Assembly (NCBI GenBank): GCA_051453625.1
Contig: JBOZIK010000001.1
Coordinates: 26,963,563-27,000,749, forward strand
Direction: 5' to 3'
DNA from: Welwitschia mirabilis
Lineage: Eukaryota
Length of the DNA: 37,187 bases
Below are positions 1 through 12,000 of the stretch, piece after piece. The position numbers and the translations under genes are program-made. The notes beneath the pieces were generated by a model. The model had not been told where the DNA came from. It saw only the letters and a list, made by a program, of their open reading frames with translations, and did no database searches. Every line of letters begins with the position of its first letter. The first letter of the stretch is position 1.

Positions 1-47
1 TGCCTGAGGAACGTCCCAGTGGAAAATCGTTACAAACGGTGTAATAC
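1..47 (-). CDS. BGLU: GH1 beta-glucosidase exon 5 (partial, continues beyond window)
   Basis: ctgcag| (G)ITPFVTIFHWDVPQA matches the GI.P.VT.FHWD.PQ motif. Confidence 0.93.
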
Positions 48-135
48 CTGCAGGTTGAACCAGAGCGAATCAGAAAAATAGTAAAAATTTTGAACAGCAG
101 ACGGACATGAATGCGCCAGCATCAGAAACCGGGAC

Positions 136-216
136 CTTTGGAAATAACGTAGTCGATGACTTCGTTGTAGTGTTTGATGGCCTTTTTGTTGACGGGCCCG
201 TTTCTTGGCGAACCCT
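136..216 (-). CDS. BGLU: GH1 beta-glucosidase exon 4
   Basis: tttgcag| (E)GSPRNGPVNKKAIKHYNEVIDYVISK + G |gtcccg. Phase-consistent with the flanking exons. An alternative in-phase donor lies 6 nt further on. Confidence 0.9.
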
Positions 217-314
217 CTGCAAATGAAACACCGTCAGTGAGTGGGTTATCAGCAGTTGAATCCATTTTCAAGCTCACTGCATTATGGTTCTGAGAGAACG
301 GGGAGAATACTGAC

Positions 315-390
315 CTGGGAATATGCGAGGCCATGCTATAGAGAAGCGATAGACATCCATCCCCATTTCCTTGAGAAGATCCACATCTTC
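315..390 (-). CDS. BGLU: GH1 beta-glucosidase exon 3
   Basis: tttcag| [25 protein letters not shown] + G |gtcagt. 76 nt, containing the YRFSI.W.RI motif. Confidence 0.95.
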
Positions 391-485
391 CTGAAACAGA
401 TTCAACCAAACCAAACCGATCAGGAATCATTTCCTGCGCTTTTCCGGAGCCCATCACAACAGAATGTAGCCGTCAGGCTCTGCTA

Positions 486-632
<147 letters not shown>

Positions 633-749
633 TCAACGACAAACTACCAACATTAGCTTAACATCACGACTGTAGAATCAGACTGAGAACCTTTAGCTCG
701 AACTTTATTGGCTGCGAATGCATAAACATCTGTGACAAATGGAAAATGC

Positions 750-905
750 CTGATATGCAGACGTCGCAGCGCCGAAGAGAAAATCTTTGGGGAATTTGCT
801 TCTGGCAAGTCCAGGGACCACTCGTGGAGAATGGTTTTCTGCAACTGCAAAGGCAAGAACGGAGAGCAGAAGCGCAACGAGAAACTCGACGCAAAGGCGC
901 GCCAT
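750..905 (-). CDS. BGLU: GH1 beta-glucosidase exon 1 (signal peptide + FPKDFLFGAATSAYQ)
   Basis: ATG at 905-903; the ORF track starts one codon earlier at TTG. 52 codons MARLCVEFLVALLLSVLAFAVAEN...RSKFPKDFLFGAATSAYQ give a hydrophobic N-terminus plus the GH1 N-terminal signature. Followed by an intron with a GC donor (749-630). Confidence 0.93.
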
Positions 906-988
906 CAATACTTAAAACTGTTTCTTACGACTGCCGAATGAAAGAACATGTAATGATGGGGATGATGCAGCTGTGGTTGCAGAGCTCC

Positions 989-995
989 TTATATA
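989..995 (-). promoter_or_regulatory. TATA box of the BGLU gene
   Basis: cTATATAAg on the minus strand, about 85 nt upstream of the ATG. Confidence 0.65.
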
Positions 996-1309
996 GCGAC
1001 TAAACACGGCAATGGTATGGCAAAGGCGGGCTGAATGAGTGACATCGGCATTCACTCGCAACGTGCGTTCAATAATGTACGATTGGAACATAGGATAAGT
1101 GGTCAAAAAGACTTTCGTTGCGCCAACCCGGACGCCTGCAACTTGCTGCGTCTCCGGATTTTGAAAAGAAAGATAATTGATTTCCATTCTATAATGGTTG
1201 CAGATAATGCTGCCGTTGCACGTCTGTGAAGGCATCTGCGCGTTCTTTGGTTGAGGGACTGAGTGCCGTGAGCTCTGTGAGTATCTTCGGCCGATTTTGC
1301 ACCATCATT

Positions 1310-1333
1310 CACGTGGATTTAACTGTGACGTCA
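1310..1333. promoter_or_regulatory. G-box (CACGTG, 1310-1315) plus C-box (TGACGTCA, 1326-1333), candidate bZIP/bHLH sites
   Basis: Two perfect ACGT-core palindromes 10 nt apart, about 400 nt upstream of the ATG. Further ACGT cores near 1061, 1220 and 1483. Function is inferred. Confidence 0.45.
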
Positions 1334-1485
1334 TACTCCAACAACCATGTGAGACATTATTAGCGAATCCTTTGGTCAAATTTGGGTGGCACTGGTGGGA
1401 CATATTCTTTTATTCCACAAAAGGGCATTATGAACCTTTTATCAATGTGCATTATGAAACTATATCAATGGGTATTAATATAACG

Positions 1486-2345
1486 TGCCTTAAAATAGAA
1501 AGCGACGACTTACATTTTTTTAAAGTTAAGAGTTCACCACCTTATCTTACATGTTGTATCTAATAATAATAAATAAAAATATATTCTTTACAATTAGTTC
1601 ATCTAAATATAAATTAAAAAGTATTCTTCTAGAAACATCTTATTTTACAACTATCTTAGGCTAATTGTAGAAACTTGAGTTTTGCAAGAATTTATGCCCA
1701 TGGAGCAATCATTCCTTCTTAACTTATAATTAGTTCTTATGACTCTGGTTCAGGTTTGTTTCCAATCCTTTGCTAGCTACATTTCATAGTTTATAAAGTA
1801 TCTTAGAATAATTCTTTCCTTGGCCTTAGAACTTTACTTTTTATCTCCTCTATGATTATTGGATTTCCATAACCTTCTAATAGAGTGCAATTAGCTTTTT
1901 TACTTCCTTCATATGGAATGAAGTCTCTAATATGGAATACCCTTAATATTTGTAGAAGATCCATCTCTTGTGCACTCTATCTATGATTTTTTATTATCCT
2001 AACTAGGCCAATTCTATGATAGTAAAATTTTCTAGCTTTTAAACTTGAAAATTATTCTATATAGATATCTAATCATTATAGAATCTATAGGATTTAATAT
2101 TTGCATTTTTTGCCATAGTGTGTAGATGCCTTTCTCTTTACATTGTTACACTCTAATTTTTATTTTTCTTATTGATAAGTTTAATCCATTACTTTCACAA
2201 GTTTAAATGTCTTCTTAAATTCATCCTATTCCTTGCCAAATCCATGTAGTACTCTTAATTTTTGTTTAAACTATAGAAAGAAAGACATCTTTTCCATTTA
2301 CTATGAACAAAATTATTACTTATAAATTTTACAAGTAGTAATTGA
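1486..2345 (-). mobile_element. Decayed Ty3/gypsy integrase C-terminal fragment, copy 1
   Basis: Minus-strand translation gives degenerate LLLVKFISNNFVHS (cf. LPLAEFAYNNSVHS), RIG-like GPF region and VFHIRDFIPY (cf. VFHVSLLKPY). Colinear with 3093-3969. Confidence 0.65.
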
Positions 2346-3092
2346 TATAATGATGTCTTTTTTATGCATAAGTGTAATACTCAAAGAATTTTGAAATTAT
2401 TCATTATTAAAAACTTTTAAAATAAATAGAGTAATTAATTGATAATAAATGATTAATAATGTTGTGAATAATAAAGAAGAGTGATCTAAATGGTTATTAA
2501 TCTTTTTTAATATTATGGATGAATGACAACTTGATCTTCATATTATCATATATATACATACTTCTAAAAGCNNNNNNNNNNGGTATGAGAATTCATAAAA
2601 ATAAAAGATGCACATGCACTAATCAAAATGAATAGACAAATGGTATTGTCATGAAATAATGCTAGGAACTAGAAGCTAAAGTAGAAGAACAAGTTAAATG
2701 GATATGCAAAAGTAGAAGAATGCTTTAGAGACCTAGATTTAATGATGACAATAAAAATTAATTGACAACATTGCTTGAAACTCTATGCATTGCACATAAG
2801 AAATGGAACTAATGATAACCTTAGAAGGCATAAAAATGTATGTAATAGAGAACCATAGGATTATGCTAGTAAAAACACTTAAGAAGTACGTCTATTAACA
2901 AAAGAAAAAACATAAGAAACTAAAAGAAATAAAAGAATTTACAAATACATACTTTATTAATAAAGCTTAAGAGATATAATTCTAACTATCATATTCCAAG
3001 TCATATTTTCAATTCCATTATATAGGGGTAGGATCAGGCCTAATTTGAAAAATCCTAAATAAAAATATAACAGAGAAAGCACCTACTAAACA

Positions 3093-4370
3093 TGCCTTAA
3101 AATAGAAAGAAATAACTTACATTTTTTTAAAGATAAGAAATCAGTACCTTATCTTACATGTTGTATTTAATAATGAATGGGAATATATTCTTTACAATTA
3201 GTTGATCTAAACATAATTAAAAAGGATTATTCTAGAAACATCTTATTTTCTAACTATCTTAGGCTAATTGTAGAAACTTAATTTTTGTGAGAATAGATGC
3301 CTATGGATCAATCATTTCTTCTTAACTTATGCTTAGTTCTTCTGACTGTGGTTCATATTTACTTTTAATCCTTTTCTAGATACATTTCATAGTCGATAAA
3401 GTACCTTAGAATAATTCTTTCCTTGGCCTTAGAACTTTACTTTTTATCTCCTCTATGATTGTTGGATTTTCATGATCATCTAGCATAGTCTAATTAGCTT
3501 TTCCACTTCATTCACATGGAATGAAGTTTCTAATATTGAATATCAAGAATATTTGTAGAAGATCCATCTCATACACATTCTCTCTAAGATTTTTAAATAT
3601 CCTAATTAGGCCAATTCTATGATAGTAGAATTTTCTAGCTTTTAAACTTGAAAATTTTTTTGTATAGATATCTAATCATTATAGAAGCTTTAGGATTTAA
3701 TTATAGAAGCTTTAGGATTTAATTCTTGCATTTTTTTTAATCATATTATGTAAATTCCTTTTTCTTTACATTATTATATTCTAATTTTTATTTTTCTTAT
3801 TGATAAATTTCATCCATTACTCTTTTAAGTTTAATTACCTTCTTAAAGTCATCCAATTCCTTACCAAGTTCATGTAGTAATATTAATAATTGTTCAAACT
3901 ACAAAAAAAAAGGTATTTTTAATTCGCTATGAACAAAATTAATATTTATAAAATTTAGAAGTAGTAATAAATCATTCTAACTTCTTTAATGATTTAGGCT
4001 CAAACATCTAAATGAGTTTTCCAAGATTTAATTAATATCCTCATTTGTCATTTTCTCTATGAATGCATTGTTATGCTAAAATTAAAATTTGTTCCAACTA
4101 ACTGCTATAATGTACATAAACATGCATGTAATCAAAAAAAGAAGGAAAAATTAAAAAAAATAAAAAATAAGGAAAAAGTATATCTAATCTAAAATAATAC
4201 CTTTAGGATAATCATGAATGTTATTTTAACTCTTCGGAAAAGAGTTTTAGAAAATTATTAATAAGTAAAAATGATCATTCATTTTTTTATTAATACTGAA
4301 ATGTTTGTATGGCTTAAATATATGTTTTTAAAGTTACTTAGAAAATATTTGTTTACAATCATTTAAGTTA
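3093..4370 (-). mobile_element. Decayed Ty3/gypsy integrase fragment, copy 2 (longer, includes core)
   Basis: Begins with the same tgccttaaaatagaaag as copy 1. Degenerate IHDYPKGIILD (cf. LHGLPKSIVSD), NFSITMH (cf. NFSTAYH) and NINFVHSELKIPFFFVV. Contains a perfect 22-bp tandem duplication at 3678-3721. Confidence 0.7.
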
Positions 4371-4416
4371 AATATTAATAATTTAGCAAGTTACATTATA
4401 TTATTATTATTAATAA

Positions 4417-4761
4417 TGTTGTAGGTACAAAATACCACTTGGCATGAGGAGAAGGAACAAAAACTAAGACAATGAAAATGTAGGAATAACCTCACTCAAA
4501 AATATATTTTCTTAAAGAAGGAAAAGAAGGAACCCAACCAAAATTGAAAAGAACCAAGAAGTATAAAGGGTGCATCAATAGCTAAGAAGGGGGGTTTTTA
4601 GTAAGAGAACTCTAGGCATAGAACCTTAACTAAGGGTCAGCAAAGGAGGAGTCAAACGCATCTTGAAAGGAAACATGACCAATATTTCTAGAATTCTAGT
4701 ATTTCCTGCAAAGAGAAACACATGTTGTTGTTAATAAACTTTTATATCATATTTAGCATCA
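4417..4761 (+). mobile_element. Possible short solo LTR
   Basis: TGTTG...GCATCA ends, internal TATAAAGGG followed by a purine/G-run, and AATAAA near the end. No TSD found. Confidence 0.3.
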
Positions 4762-5175
4762 TTTTAATAAAAAGGTACCATTATTTTAATAGAAAGCTAA
4801 AAATCCAAATTATTAAATATGATATCCTTATTTATGTAATGAAAAGTAGTGTAGACTCAATTTTTCTTGAAAAAGTAATGTTTTACTAAAGAGTATTTAG
4901 TTATTTTAATATGCATAAAAATGAAAACCTAAATAATGGTAGTTTGTGAAATTTATTAATTTAAATGAATTACATAAAAATTATAATATCATAAGTTTAT
5001 AATGCATAAAGATAAAAGGAAGTTAATGTTATGTTGCTCAAAATGAAGCTAAAAAAATGGTAAAGCAATATAAAAATAAACTTTTTAGATTAATAGTTTC
5101 TAACGTGAAATGTTCATCTTACAAAGGAATTGCTTGCAAGTTAAAAAGAAACATGTAAGTGCAAAACATAATAGG

Positions 5176-5997
5176 CTATTAATCATAGCTTTGTAGTGAT
5201 CCAGGTTTGAACTAAGTCTACACTTAATTATTATTCTTTCACAAGGATATATATGGTAAATTAATCAAAAGATACAAGATTAAATCTACTTGTAATGCAA
5301 ACTCAAACAAAAGAAGAATCTAAACTAGAGAAAGAATTGATCTTTGGTAGACAACACAAGGGAAAAAAAGTACTCCAAGGATCTAGCGATTCATCCAACT
5401 CTCCTCCTTCGCTATAATGATTCTTACATCTTGAAACTTGAAGATCAAGTGAGCTTCACCTAAAAATTATGAATGACAAATGATTGTGTAGTAAAAATGA
5501 AAGAATAAAACACACTTAGAATTGGTCCTATTTAAATACTACTAATGTCAAATTAATGTGCAATAATAATGAAAGTTTAAACTAATTCTAGAAATTGTAC
5601 TATGTAAATATTACTAATATCAAATGACTTTGTACATTAATAATGAAAGGGCTTAAACCAATTCTTATATTAAACTTGAAAGAAATCTACATTACATTAG
5701 TGAAGAAGGAGAAGAAAAATAACTTCTCAACTAGCCTCGGATCATTCCACCCCCAAGAAAGAGCATCAAAAACACCATGATGTCCTAGGCTCTAAGTCTT
5801 TCCTAGGTTAATCCAACCAAAGGATGTTTACAATGGGCATTCAAGGCCCTTTTATAGATGAGGAAAGACTTGGAGAAGCTTCTTCATGATTACATTAGGT
5901 GTTGTCTTTATACATTAGGTGACTGTTACATAATGGGGATTAGTTAAGGGAAGTTACATAAGGAGGAAGTTACAAATGTATTTGACATGTAGCCACA
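5176..5997 (-). mobile_element. Solo LTR related to element A LTRs (16799-18296)
   Basis: The reverse complement aligns to the element A LTR (aatttttaggtgaagct, gaatgatc..ggctagttga, tttgtttgagttt..attacaagt) with a ~200-bp deletion. aatagg occurs at both 5170-5175 and 5998-6003, a possible TSD. Termini are imprecise. Confidence 0.7.
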
Positions 5998-7616
5998 AAT
6001 AGGATTCATTTGTTTTCAAGTGAAAACATGATGATGATGATGTGTTCTTTGACTACTGATGCTGCTGCTAATGGATGTAATGTCATGTATCTTTGTTTTA
6101 ATCATCATCATTGCACCACATGTTGTTACGATCTATCAATTTGTACTTTTGCTATGTGTTACTAGAGTTTAAGATTAAATTTAATTTATTTATAACTTAG
6201 CTCATAAATGAAATGGATTTAATTCCCTAAGAAGGTATAAGAACATGATTCTTCTGACATTCTACCTCAGAAGGATAATAGTGCTAGTAGTCTTAGCCAA
6301 CATCACTAGTGTTTTATGTTGGATTATCACGAGGTTTTATAGATTTTTTTAAAAGTTATCAACACGCCTGCTAATGTTAAGGAAAAGTACATAATATCAT
6401 GAAAAATAGAATAAACAGTAGAAAACGTTAAGATGTGATAAAATGATGCATTTTAATGTTTCTTCCTATATTAAATTGATTAATTAGCTTGCATAAAATG
6501 TCAATTTTGACATGCAAATAATTATTAATGCGTATCTTCTTGTGATTTGTATTTTTGATAGAGTCTTTGTTGTGATTTTAATCCCCCTTAGTTCATTCCT
6601 TTAATATTGTTGATGGTGGTCAAATTTATCACCCTCCATTTTTACTTTTGTAGAGTATCTTTTTTGGCTTCCACAACAATGCAACTAGTACATTTTGAAT
6701 CACCATATCCACTTGTTATTTATAGCCTTTGTAGTTTTCATGAGCCTTCTTTTACAGGGTAAATTTAGTAATGCATAGATATATCAGGATGTAAATATTA
6801 TGTATCTTAAAACTTTTTCACTTAACAGTTTCTAATTTGAAACGTTATTACAGAGAAATTGCTTATAAATTAAAAAGAAACTTATAAATTCAAAGCCTAG
6901 TAATATGTTAATGTTCTTCTTTCTGTGATCTTTTTTTTTATGCATTCTTTATTGCAAATTTAGTTCCTTTTATTGATTACTTCGATATTATTAATGATAA
7001 ATTAGTGGTTATGGATTAGCCTCTTAGCAAAAAAAAAAAAAAAAAAGACCTAAAAAAATAAAAGAATGCAAATTCACAACCCATACACTGTTGATTCATG
7101 CAGGGATTTGAACTTTTGACCATAAAGAAATCACTACTTAAATCTAATCTTAATTTTAAAGGTAAAAAGTTAAAGTAACTAATTAAAAGGATATTCTCTT
7201 AGAAATTTAAATATTTGGATATAGACATCAAAACAAATAACACGTTTTCTTTAAATTTAATAACTTTTCATATCAAAATAAATGACAAGTTTCAAATATA
7301 GGAGCATTTATGTTATATTTAAATTCCACTCCCTTTCTCTAATAATTCAAACTAAAGAGAAATCTTCTCTTCTTCCCACTATAGTATATGAAAAATTATA
7401 AAGTACAGAGTTAATTAACAAATATATCATCATTTACTACTATAATTATGGTTTCTATGGATTAAGAGTAAAATCCCTTTACCTTGTCATTATACATATA
7501 AAGGTTTGTAAAGTATTTGAAAGATAATCTTGTTTTTCTACTACGATAGTGAACTTCAATCTAATTCTTCTTGTTCACATTATGAAAATCAAGCATGAGG
7601 AAACTAGATAACTAAT

Positions 7617-7856
7617 ATGGCTCCTTCTATATGTCCATATTTTAATGAAGTATATTCGTCTGCTAAGGCCTTATGTGCTCATAAAAGCATCTATAATACA
7701 AATCAAACATGTTCTCATTAGGAAGCTCAATAGTAATGAAAGTAGAGGACTAATATTCCTTCTAAATATATATTTTGGGAAAAAGTATTTCCATCTAGTA
7801 TGGCCTTAGGTGATCATGTGAGAAGCCGTAACAGAAAGCATACCTTCTCTTTTTAG
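7617..7856 (+). pseudogene. Two-finger C2H2 zinc-finger (QALGGH/ZAT-type) pseudogene
   Basis: One frame reads MAPSICPYFNEVYSSAKALCAHKSIYNTNQTCSH*EAQ***K*RTNIPSKYIFWEKVFPSSMALGDHVRSRNRKHTFSF*. It shows two degenerate C-x2-C-x3-F-x-S-x-QALGGH-x3-H fingers with correct spacing. Confidence 0.72.
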
Positions 7857-8129
7857 AGTAAGAATATTTTAGATTAGCAGGCATCGTTTTAAAGTTTTCT
7901 TTCACTATATATCTTAAAGTCTAATCAGTCACATATTCCATTTACATTATTAGATTTTTATGAAATGTTTGAAAATTATGGCATAATCCAAGCAAATAGG
8001 CTTTGTAGTTTGAGCTTTTAATACATTTTGAGGCCTAGGCACTTGTGAGAAGATATCTATTTATGGGGAAAACAATAATAGCTACTAAGTAAAATCTAAA
8101 ATAGTTACGGTTTTATTCATAGGGATTGA

Positions 8130-8497
8130 CATAGTTGGTACCCCATTTAATCCAAAATGACAAGATACTTTGATGGTAGGACATGCTACTTATATTTTTT
8201 AGTTGCATTATTCTCTCAAACCATGTGGGATTATTCTAGTTAAGACCTATGACTCTTTGTGGATACTCCTACATGAACCTACCTATCTTAACATTGAGCT
8301 TACCCTCAAGCTTACACATTACTACTGATCTTTTGGATCTGATACCATTTTATGTAGTGGGTACCCCATCCAACTAAAAATGACAAGGCACTTTAGTGGT
8401 AGGACATCCTTATTTATATTTTTCACTTCCATTTTCCTCCTAACCCATGTGAATTTATTCTAGTAAACACCTATGACTCTTTATAGGTTCACTAACA
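8130..8497 (-). mobile_element. TRIM (terminal-repeat retrotransposon in miniature)
   Basis: Direct repeats at 8130-8273 and 8353-8497 (~145 bp; the right copy is TG...CA) flank a 79-bp interior. The interior has an initiator tRNA-Met PBS, TGGTATCAGATCC (minus strand, 8347-8335), and a purine-rich stretch before the other repeat. Confidence 0.85.
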
Positions 8498-8569
8498 TCA
8501 GGGATTTAGAAATTATAATTGTGCTTAACATTTTAAAATTGAATATACATGTATAAATAATAAAGATTC

Positions 8570-8860
8570 AACATTCCAAGATGGTGTTTCACTTATAGCA
8601 TCCCAACCTCTTGATGTATCTACATCATTTTATGAACCATCTATCCTCTTGATGTGCTTGCATCTTTAGAAATTAAAATATTTTCTACTTCCACTTATGA
8701 TCAAAGGATTACCAACTATTATCAAATAATTTTATCTTTGACATCCCACGATGCTATTTAACTTGTAGTGTCTAAGCCTCATGTGGTTTCACCTTTTGAA
8801 ATGTAGATATCTTCTACTCCCAATTATGTCCAAGGATTATCAACTATTTACAAGTAAATT
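8570..8860. repeat. Diverged two-copy tandem repeat (~170-bp offset)
   Basis: acattccaagatggtgtttcacttatag vs acatcccacgatgctatttaacttgtag; ttctacttccacttatgatcaaaggattaccaactatt vs ttctactcccaattatgtccaaggattatcaactatt. Confidence 0.6.
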
Positions 8861-9011
8861 TTTGAATTGAAGTAAAAATAGCAGAAAAATAAAAAGTAAC
8901 AGCTCATGCAAAAAAAAATATAGCATCATCATGACTTTAAACAAGGCCTATGATTCTAGATTTGAATTTGCCTCCTACACCAAATGAAGTGTAATTTAAG
9001 GATTTCAGTGG

Positions 9012-12000
9012 TGATGTTAGGGAATATTTTGTATTCTAGTCATATAATTTATTTGGCTAAACTAGTCATATGCTTAATTTAGCAAAATAATCATGGAAAT
9101 ATGCTTGTTTGAGTATATTATATTTATGAAAGAATAATTTTATGTTTATTTTAAGATTGCTGCATTTAGGTTTAAATGATTTTAGGCATAAAGAATATTT
9201 TAAATTTAGAAGTTAATTTTAGAAAATTATAAGAGATTATGTTAAGCATGTGATAATCTATAGTTTTCTTAGCTTGGGTTATAAATAAGAGGAGGCAATA
9301 AACATCTTGAAAGAAGAGGAAAATGTGTAAAGAAAGTCTTAGAGGAACAATATGAAGAAGCTTTTACAGGGGCCATATTTTTAAGCTTAATTTTATTGTA
9401 TTCATACAAAACATTCTTTGATATTTACTTTTGAATTACTTTTACTTATTGTGTAATTTTTTAAACCTAAAGATATAGACTTTGAGCTCTCATTATATAA
9501 CTCTGCATAATAAGAGTATGAGTATTATGGCTTTGGTAGTATATTAAAAGCTAGGAAGAGAAGATATCTCTGAAGAGGATTACAAATATACATTTATAGT
9601 AGTGGTTAATAAGGTAAGAAAAAGCCATGAAAGAGATACAAAGACAATGCAATATTTGATGTAGCACATTGAAAATGATAGAGATCAAGGTTAGGGAAGA
9701 AGAAAAGGAGGAATTAAAGGTTGAGGAGTAGAAACACCCTCATCAAGAATTTGTTGCATCCAATTCACATTGTATGGAGGATTCCTTTTTCCAATCATTA
9801 ATGCTCATGAGTCAAAGAGAATGTATTGATATGGAGATGTATAAATGAAGTATGTTGCTTAAGAATCTATAAAATTGGATCTATGCAATGGAAAAATACT
9901 TTCAACAAGGGGAGGTAGTGTAATGTTCCAAATTCACTATTTGTAAATTATGGCTCAAAGAAGAATGTATATTATGATATGTTTCTAATGAAGAATATGA
10001 TAAATTGATAGCTAATATTATGATATTATTATAATATATATTAAGTTACTATGAGCTAACTTTGCGATGCAGATTAGTTAAGAGAGAGATGTGATACAAA
10101 GAGGGAAGTAGTTAGAACAACTAAACAGGTGGAAATAAGAAAGGAGTGACAAAGCTTCTTCTATTACACCTATAAATAGGCACATAGTGTAAGGTAGAGG
10201 GATCTTTTAGAGTCTTGAAGAAAAGCTGGAAAGCACATTTAAGCAAAGAGATCATAAGAGAAAGAGCTATAAAGAGATTTCCTAAAGCTCCAGTGCCTAT
10301 TGTGGAAACACAAGGGGAGTTAATCCTTGTACTTTCTTGTCAAAGTAATATAAGATATGTTATTCTAAAAAGAATCTTGCATTTCTAGAGTATGTGATTT
10401 AAAAAAGTTGCATGCTATCCTTTCTTTCTCTTAATCATGATTATAGCTAAAGTTGATATTAAGATAGTGTACCAATTAGAAATAATGGGTGCATGNNNNN
10501 NNNNNNNNNNNNNNNNNNNNNNNNNNNNNNNNNNNNNNNNNNNNNNNNNNNNNNNNNNNNNNNNNNNNNNNNNNNNNNNNNNNNNNNNNNNNNNNNNNNN
10601 NNNNNNNNNNNNNNNNNNNNNNNNNNNNNNNNNNNNNNNNNNNNNNNNNNNNNNNNNNNNNNNNNNNNNNNNNNNNNNNNNNNNNNNNNNNNNNNNNNNN
10701 NNNNNNNNNNNNNNNNNNNNNNNNNNNNNNNNNNNNNNNNNNNNNNNNNNNNNNNNNNNNNNNNNNNNNNNNNNNNNNNNNNNNNNNNNNNNNNNNNNNN
10801 NNNNNNNNNNNNNNNNNNNNNNNNNNNNNNNNNNNNNNNNNNNNNNNNNNNNNNNNNNNNNNNNNNNNNNNNNNNNNNNNNNNNNNNNNNNNNNNNNNNN
10901 NNNNNNNNNNNNNNNNNNNNNNNNNNNNNNNNNNNNNNNNNNNNNNNNNNNNNNNNNNNNNNNNNNNNNNNNNNNNNNNNNNNNNNNNNNNNNNNNNNNN
11001 NNNNNNNNNNNNNNNNNNNNNNNNNNNNNNNNNNNNNNNNNNNNNNATCTTTGACCACTAGTCCAGGGTTATTGGCTGAACGATAAGGAATGTAATCTGA
11101 TATTTCTAATAATAAAGTCCATCTTTACTAAATTATTCCATGTTATTCTTATTAATCTTGGCATATTATTTTATATGTCCCTTTTTCTATGAAATAATCC
11201 AAAAATAATAAAATGTAACATTACAGGTAGCAAATAAAATAAAAGTGAAAATAATGTATTTTAGGTGCTGCGTCTTTGTAGTAAGTTAATTGAAGAACTA
11301 TGAAAAAAGAAAAGCAGAACATGATTTGGATTCACTTAGTTGGTAGATTATGGTAAGAACTCTAATAAACAAATTTATGTCATGATCATACCAAGCAGAA
11401 AGTACCAAAAGAAGGCGTAACATTTAGATAGGGATAAGTCCATGATGGAGTATATAGAGTAATTTCATAGATTATTCATTTAAGAAGGATGCTTTGATAA
11501 AGAAATCATGGAGATAATAGGATATGTTAATGATCTTAAATTAGCTATAGAAGATGAGGCTTCTGTGTTTTGTTCAATTACCATAGAAGAGAAGTATCAA
11601 CTTGCTCCTCTAGAAAAGGAAAAACTATAGTACAAGAAAAACTAAGACAATAATAGAGGAAGAAAAAAGGTAGATAAAATACCAAAAATTGAAAAAAAAA
11701 TAGAAGAATGGAGTAAGATCAAACAATCAATAGGATAAGAAAATGAAAGGGCAAAGGAGTAGGGGTAATGAACCCTTTAGAAAAGGTAAGAGACATGATA
11801 GTTATATTGTTTTCTTTAGCTATAAGGTAGCTAGATATAAATCCTTATAGTATCTAGTTAATAATATAGATGCACAAAGAGTTATTACAATATTTAATAA
11901 GGNNNNNNNNNNNNNNNNNNNNNNNNNNNNNNGTATAAAAGAATGATTTGAAGAAAAGATAATAATATTTCCATTTGAAAGTGTTGATGTAAGAGGCTTT

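Noticed and set aside
7029..7125. B-box-like GTTCAAATCCC (minus strand) followed by a T-run, possible tRNA gene
   Set aside because: No A-box, D-arm or acceptor stem could be built; at most a SINE/tRNA scrap.
6000..7600. Possible additional captured gene fragments upstream of the zinc-finger fossil
   Set aside because: No motif or element terminus I can support by eye; left unannotated.
8130..8497. Cassandra element
   Set aside because: No 5S rRNA-like segment recognisable in the LTRs.
10437..11086. Long ORFs across N-runs (also 13163-13945)
   Set aside because: Artefacts of translating assembly gaps.
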